From the NCBI GenBank assembly GCA_030649205.1, contig JAUSGE010000020.1:850-64849 (forward strand): a DNA stretch of 64,000 nt. Direction: 5' to 3'. Under the pieces are notes generated by a model. It was not told the origin of the DNA. It made no database searches and saw only the letters and a list, made by a program, of their open reading frames with translations. This DNA comes from a bacterium. Its GTDB lineage: Bacteria; Patescibacteriota; Patescibacteriia; Patescibacteriales; GWC2-42-12. A program made the translations under genes and the position numbers. Positions 60,576 through 64,000 of the stretch are shown here, piece after piece (position 1 is the stretch's first letter; every line of letters starts with the position of its first letter).

Positions 60576-61700
60576 TTATTTCCTCACCGTAAATCTGGCT
60601 TCCAGCTCTTTCATTTTTTCCACAATGCCGCCGTATTCCAATTCGCTGTAAGGCAGCATGGCCGGGCCGAAAAAGCCCTGTTGGCGGAGTTCAATGGCTT
60701 TAGCCGAAACTTTCCCCCGTACATGATCCCACAAAGCATGATCAAACGCGTCGGCCGGCTCGGTCAGCTTGCCGTTATGCATAGAATAAGCCGCGCAGGA
60801 AACCACGGGCGGCCCGTCAAAATAAGAAATACAAGTATTCTGCTTAACCGGCATCAGCGGCCCGGTATGGCTGCCGCGCATGAAGCCGGCCACGTAATGG
60901 CCGATTTGATAAGGCGATAAAATTTCGCCGGTGGCCGGAAAAGTTTTTTGCACCCTGACCAGACAAATCGGATCGTCTTTGCCCGTGTATGTGCCGGCAA
61001 TATTATGCAGGCGGGTGGTGGAAACCGCGGCGGCTTGCTCGCCGGACGAACGGGCGATGATTTTTTCTATTACGAATCTTTCCTGATCCCTTAATAAGGT
61101 GGCGATGCCGTAAATATCTTCCGGAGTTTTTAAAACGATGACGCGGTCGGCCTCGGTATACTCCACGTCCATGATGTGAAACTCAAAGCCTTTGGCAATG
61201 TCCGAGGCCAAAATCAGGCCGGCGTTATGCATGGGGTCGCAAAAAGATAAGTACAGGGGCAGATTGTAAGCGCCCGGATCGGTTTTATCAGCGGCAAAGA
61301 ATAAAAAAGGCTCGTTCTTTCTTTCCTCAAACTCCATTTCCGCCGCGGCCGGACCCATGCCTTTGATATTGCCGGAAAATGAATCTTTTAATAAATCTTG
61401 GCCGGCTCCATACAAACCTTGGCTGGCGGCCACGTCCGCGCCGGCCTTAAACGCGTCCCAGGCCAGTTTATGAATTTGCTCGTTGTTCACGCCCAAGCGA
61501 TGCGTGCACAAAATGGCAATATCATCGCCGGTAAAACTCAAGCGAAAATTAATCAGCGCGCCGCCGTGGTTGTCGCTGATGTAATCGCTCACCGCCTTAA
61601 TTAACCGTTCGCTGGGCTTAATGTGTCCGCCAATACTGCCCACGTCCGCCTTAATGGCGCTAACCGTGATTTTGCTGGCGCCGCTTGAATTCAGCTCCAT
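60576..61700 (-). CDS. fbp: Fructose-1,6-bisphosphate aldolase/phosphatase (class V FBPase, archaeal type)
   Basis: N-terminal KITVSAIKADVGSIGGH signature and about 370-aa length, characteristic of the bifunctional FBP aldolase/phosphatase family. Confidence 0.8.
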   Translation of the reverse strand: MELNSSGASKITVSAIKADVGSIGGHIKPSERLIKAVSDYISDNHGGALINFRLSFTGDDIAILCTHRLGVNNEQIHKLAWDAFKAGADVAASQGLYGAGQDLLKDSFSGNIKGMGPAAAEMEFEERKNEPFLFFAADKTDPGAYNLPLYLSFCDPMHNAGLILASDIAKGFEFHIMDVEYTEADRVIVLKTPEDIYGIATLLRDQERFVIEKIIARSSGEQAAAVSTTRLHNIAGTYTGKDDPICLVRVQKTFPATGEILSPYQIGHYVAGFMRGSHTGPLMPVKQNTCISYFDGPPVVSCAAYSMHNGKLTEPADAFDHALWDHVRGKVSAKAIELRQQGFFGPAMLPYSELEYGGIVEKMKELEARFTVRK

Positions 61701-61814
61701 ATTATTTCGCCCCCTTGTTAATTATTAAAATATCTTCCGCCCTGCTTTAGCAGGCTTTTAAAAGATGATTAGATTATAACCAAATTTTAGCTTAATTTAT
61801 ATAAAAAATCAATA

Positions 61815-62916
61815 CTAACTTGCCTGCTTGTTTTTCCTTAGCCACGCTTCCATAAAGCCTGCCAGCTCGCCGTCCAAAACCGCTTTAATATCAGAGGTTT
61901 CATAATCGGTGCGATGATCTTTAACCAGTTGGTAGGGTTGCATGACATAAGAGCGGATCTGCCGGCCCCATTCGGCTTTTTGCGCCGCGCCGCGCAGTTT
62001 CAATTCCTCGGCCTGCTTGGCGTCTTCCTGCAGTTTGAACAATTTGGCTTTTAAAATTTTTAAAGCGGTTTCACGGTTCTGGTGTTGAGACCGCTGGGTC
62101 TGGCAGGCGACCACAATGCCGGAAGGCTTATGCAGAACGCGCACCGCGGTTTCCACTTTATTGACGTTCTGGCCGCCCGCGCCCGAGGAGCGGAAAGTAT
62201 CAATTTTCAGATCACTCTCATTAATTTTCACGGCTTCGGTCTCCGGCAGTTCGGGAATCACTTCCACCAAGGCGAATGAGGTGTGGCGCATCTGCTCGGC
62301 GTCAAACGGCGAAATGCGCACTAAGCGGTGCACGCCGGACTCGCTTTTTAAATAACCGTAAGCCCAGCGGCCGCTGATATTTATGGCCACGCTTTTAATA
62401 CCGGCTTCATTACCCGTGCTTTGGTCAACAATTTCGGCGCGCCAGTCCATTTTTTCCGCGAAGCGCAAATACATGCGCTGTAAAATCTGCGCCCAGTCTT
62501 GCGCGTCCACGCCGCCGGCGCCGGCATGAATGGATAAAATGGCGTTAGCTTGATCATATTTACCGGAAAACAAAACAAAAAACTCCAGCCGCTCAAAGGA
62601 CAGCTTGAGTTCCTGATATTTTTTTTCCGCATCAGCCGCGATTGATAAATCTTGTTCTTTGGCGGCTTCAGCCGCATATTGCTCCAAGTCGGTTATTTCT
62701 TTTTTTAGATTTTCCCAAGTGGCAACTTCCTTTTCCTGATTTTCCATCTGCCGGCTGATGTTCACGGCGCGCTCGCGGTCCTGCCAGAAATCCGGCTTGG
62801 ACATTTCCACTTTCAACTCATTAACTTTTTCTTTTTGCCGGTCCAAGTCAAAGCAACCTCCAGGTATCCAGGAGCCGCTCCCGCAACTCTTCAATTTGTT
62901 TAAGTAAATTTTCCAT
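61815..62916 (-). CDS. prfB: Peptide chain release factor 2, with a programmed +1 frameshift at CTT TGA C
   Basis: Frame 0: [22 protein letters not shown] then TGA (62848..62850). The +1 frame continues [11 protein letters not shown].... SPF and GGQ ([10 protein letters not shown]) motifs are present, and a GGAGG SD-like element lies 3 nt before the CTT. Confidence 0.92.
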
Positions 62917-62932
62917 AATGTTTAATGCTCAT

Positions 62933-63074
62933 CACGGCTTCTTGCGAATTATTTTATCGCGCATAGAAAATTGTAGCAATTTTTTACAAAAAATTACTTT
63001 TTTTACCTTTTAATTTTTTGTAAAAAATGCACAAATTTTCTCTTAAGCAGGAAAATAATTCGCAAGAAGCCGTG
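62933..63074. repeat. Long foldback element, family 9, copy 4, between htrA and prfB
   Basis: 23-bp perfect outer stem cacggcttcttgcgaattatttt/aaaataattcgcaagaagccgtg, with a core shared with 19299..19483. Confidence 0.9.
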
Positions 63075-63093
63075 GATAATGCAATATGTGCGC

Positions 63094-64000
63094 CTATTTC
63101 ATCTCTTCCAATTTAACTTTTACAGTCTTTTCTTTGGCCTGATGCAAAACTTTTAAACTGATGACATCGCCGGGTTTAAACTTGGCCACGAGATTGGCCA
63201 AGGGGTTATTTTCGGTAATTTTCTGGCCATTAATTTCCAAAATAATGTCATTCTCCTGAAGGCCGGCTTTATCCGCCGGACTGCCCGGAATCACGGCCAA
63301 GTCGGTCTGGTTTTGGCCGCGCGCGATAATGGCGCCATAATCAACCGATAATTTATTGGCCTCGGCCACGGTCTTATTTATAATAACATACCTGACGCCC
63401 AGCCAGGGCCTGATGATTCGCCCGTTCTTTTTAATGCTGTCAATCGTGCTCTTGATTTCATTAACCGGAATGGCAAAGCCGATATTCTGCGCGCCCTGGA
63501 CAATAGCCGTATTAATGCCGATCACCTGGCCGGCAATATTGAGCAAAGGTCCGCCCGAATTGCCCGGATTGATGGAAGCATCGGTTTGAATGACGTTAAC
63601 CAATTGCTCCGAGCCGAATCGCGCGCCGCTGGCCGTCACCGAACGCGCCAGTCCGGAAATTACGCCGGTAGAAACTGTATTTCTAAATTCGCCTAACGCA
63701 TTGCCGATGGCAATCACGCTTTGACCGGCTTTCAAGCTGGAGCTATCGCCCAATTCCACGGTCGGCAAGTTTTGCGCGCTGATTTTTAACACCGCCAGAT
63801 CAATTACCGGATCCTGGGCCACCACTTTAGCCGGATATTTTTTCTCATCATTCATTAAAACCGTATAATCGGCCGCTGGATCAATAATAACATGCTTATT
63901 GGTAACAATAAAGCCATCTTTGGTAATAATAAAACCGCTGCCCCCGCCGATTTCCTGTTTAATCGTGCCCCCGCCTTGGCCGGACTGGCCATCTTGGGGC
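63094..64000 (-). CDS. htrA: HtrA/DegP-family serine protease with a PDZ domain (5' end beyond the window)
   Basis: The frame stays open upstream of the track ATG to the window edge (..GSGFIITKDGFIVTNKHV..). D in DLAVLKI, the GNSGGPL serine motif, and a C-terminal PDZ (GSPADKAGLQENDIILEINGQ). Confidence 0.9.
   Translation of the reverse strand, partial: PQDGQSGQGGGTIKQEIGGGSGFIITKDGFIVTNKHVIIDPAADYTVLMNDEKKYPAKVVAQDPVIDLAVLKISAQNLPTVELGDSSSLKAGQSVIAIGNALGEFRNTVSTGVISGLARSVTASGARFGSEQLVNVIQTDASINPGNSGGPLLNIAGQVIGINTAIVQGAQNIGFAIPVNEIKSTIDSIKKNGRIIRPWLGVRYVIINKTVAEANKLSVDYGAIIARGQNQTDLAVIPGSPADKAGLQENDIILEINGQKITENNPLANLVAKFKPGDVISLKVLHQAKEKTVKVKLEEMK

Overview
This 64-kb window looks like a small-genome, CPR/Patescibacteria-like bacterium. 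That is an inference from three things: a str-S10-spc ribosomal superoperon with no L30 gene, many ribosomal proteins with terminal extensions, and dense small genes. Almost everything is on the minus strand.

Backbone:
- rpmG and tRNA-Thr/Tyr/Trp (2.2-2.7 kb).
- Glycolysis and cell-envelope genes: fba, tpiA, a D-Ala-D-Ala carboxypeptidase, scpAB (2.7-7.9 kb).
- aspS, recO, ruvX (9.6-13.1 kb).
- A contiguous run map-adk-...-secY-rplO ... rpsJ-tuf-fusA-rpsG-rpsL (13.2-35.0 kb).
- A small accessory islet: SHOCT, Fic, a restriction-modification tail remnant, tRNA-Pro (36.1-38.0 kb).
- DAHP synthase, ndk, two receiver-only response regulators, a histidine kinase operon, and ComEC encoded as two distant genes.
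- A CARDB-repeat surface protein, cupin, archaeal-type FBP aldolase/phosphatase, prfB with its +1 frameshift, and a partial htrA.

Most notable observations:
1. A 2-kb large-serine-recombinase cassette bracketed by about 80-bp inverted repeats. It abuts the 3' end of tRNA-Trp, and the recombinase 3' coding end lies inside the repeat.
2. A plus-strand four-gene prkA-yeaH-spoVR-prkA2 operon (44.6-51.9 kb). It sits between the two ComEC halves and has its own promoter, small ORF and terminator leader.
3. At least eight families of palindromic/foldback elements. Several have a conserved core but copy-specific, perfectly paired outer stems. Some sit directly upstream of ribosomal protein genes, and some lie in frame inside aspS and recO.
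4. Foreign-looking genes inserted inside normally invariant operon junctions (rpsG/fusA, fusA/tuf, secY/adk).
5. A candidate structured RNA, a terminator/antiterminator leader, and a cassette of small overlapping genes between 38 and 42 kb.

No rRNA genes and no CRISPR array were seen. All calls rest on reading the sequence and the ORF translations; no database search was run.
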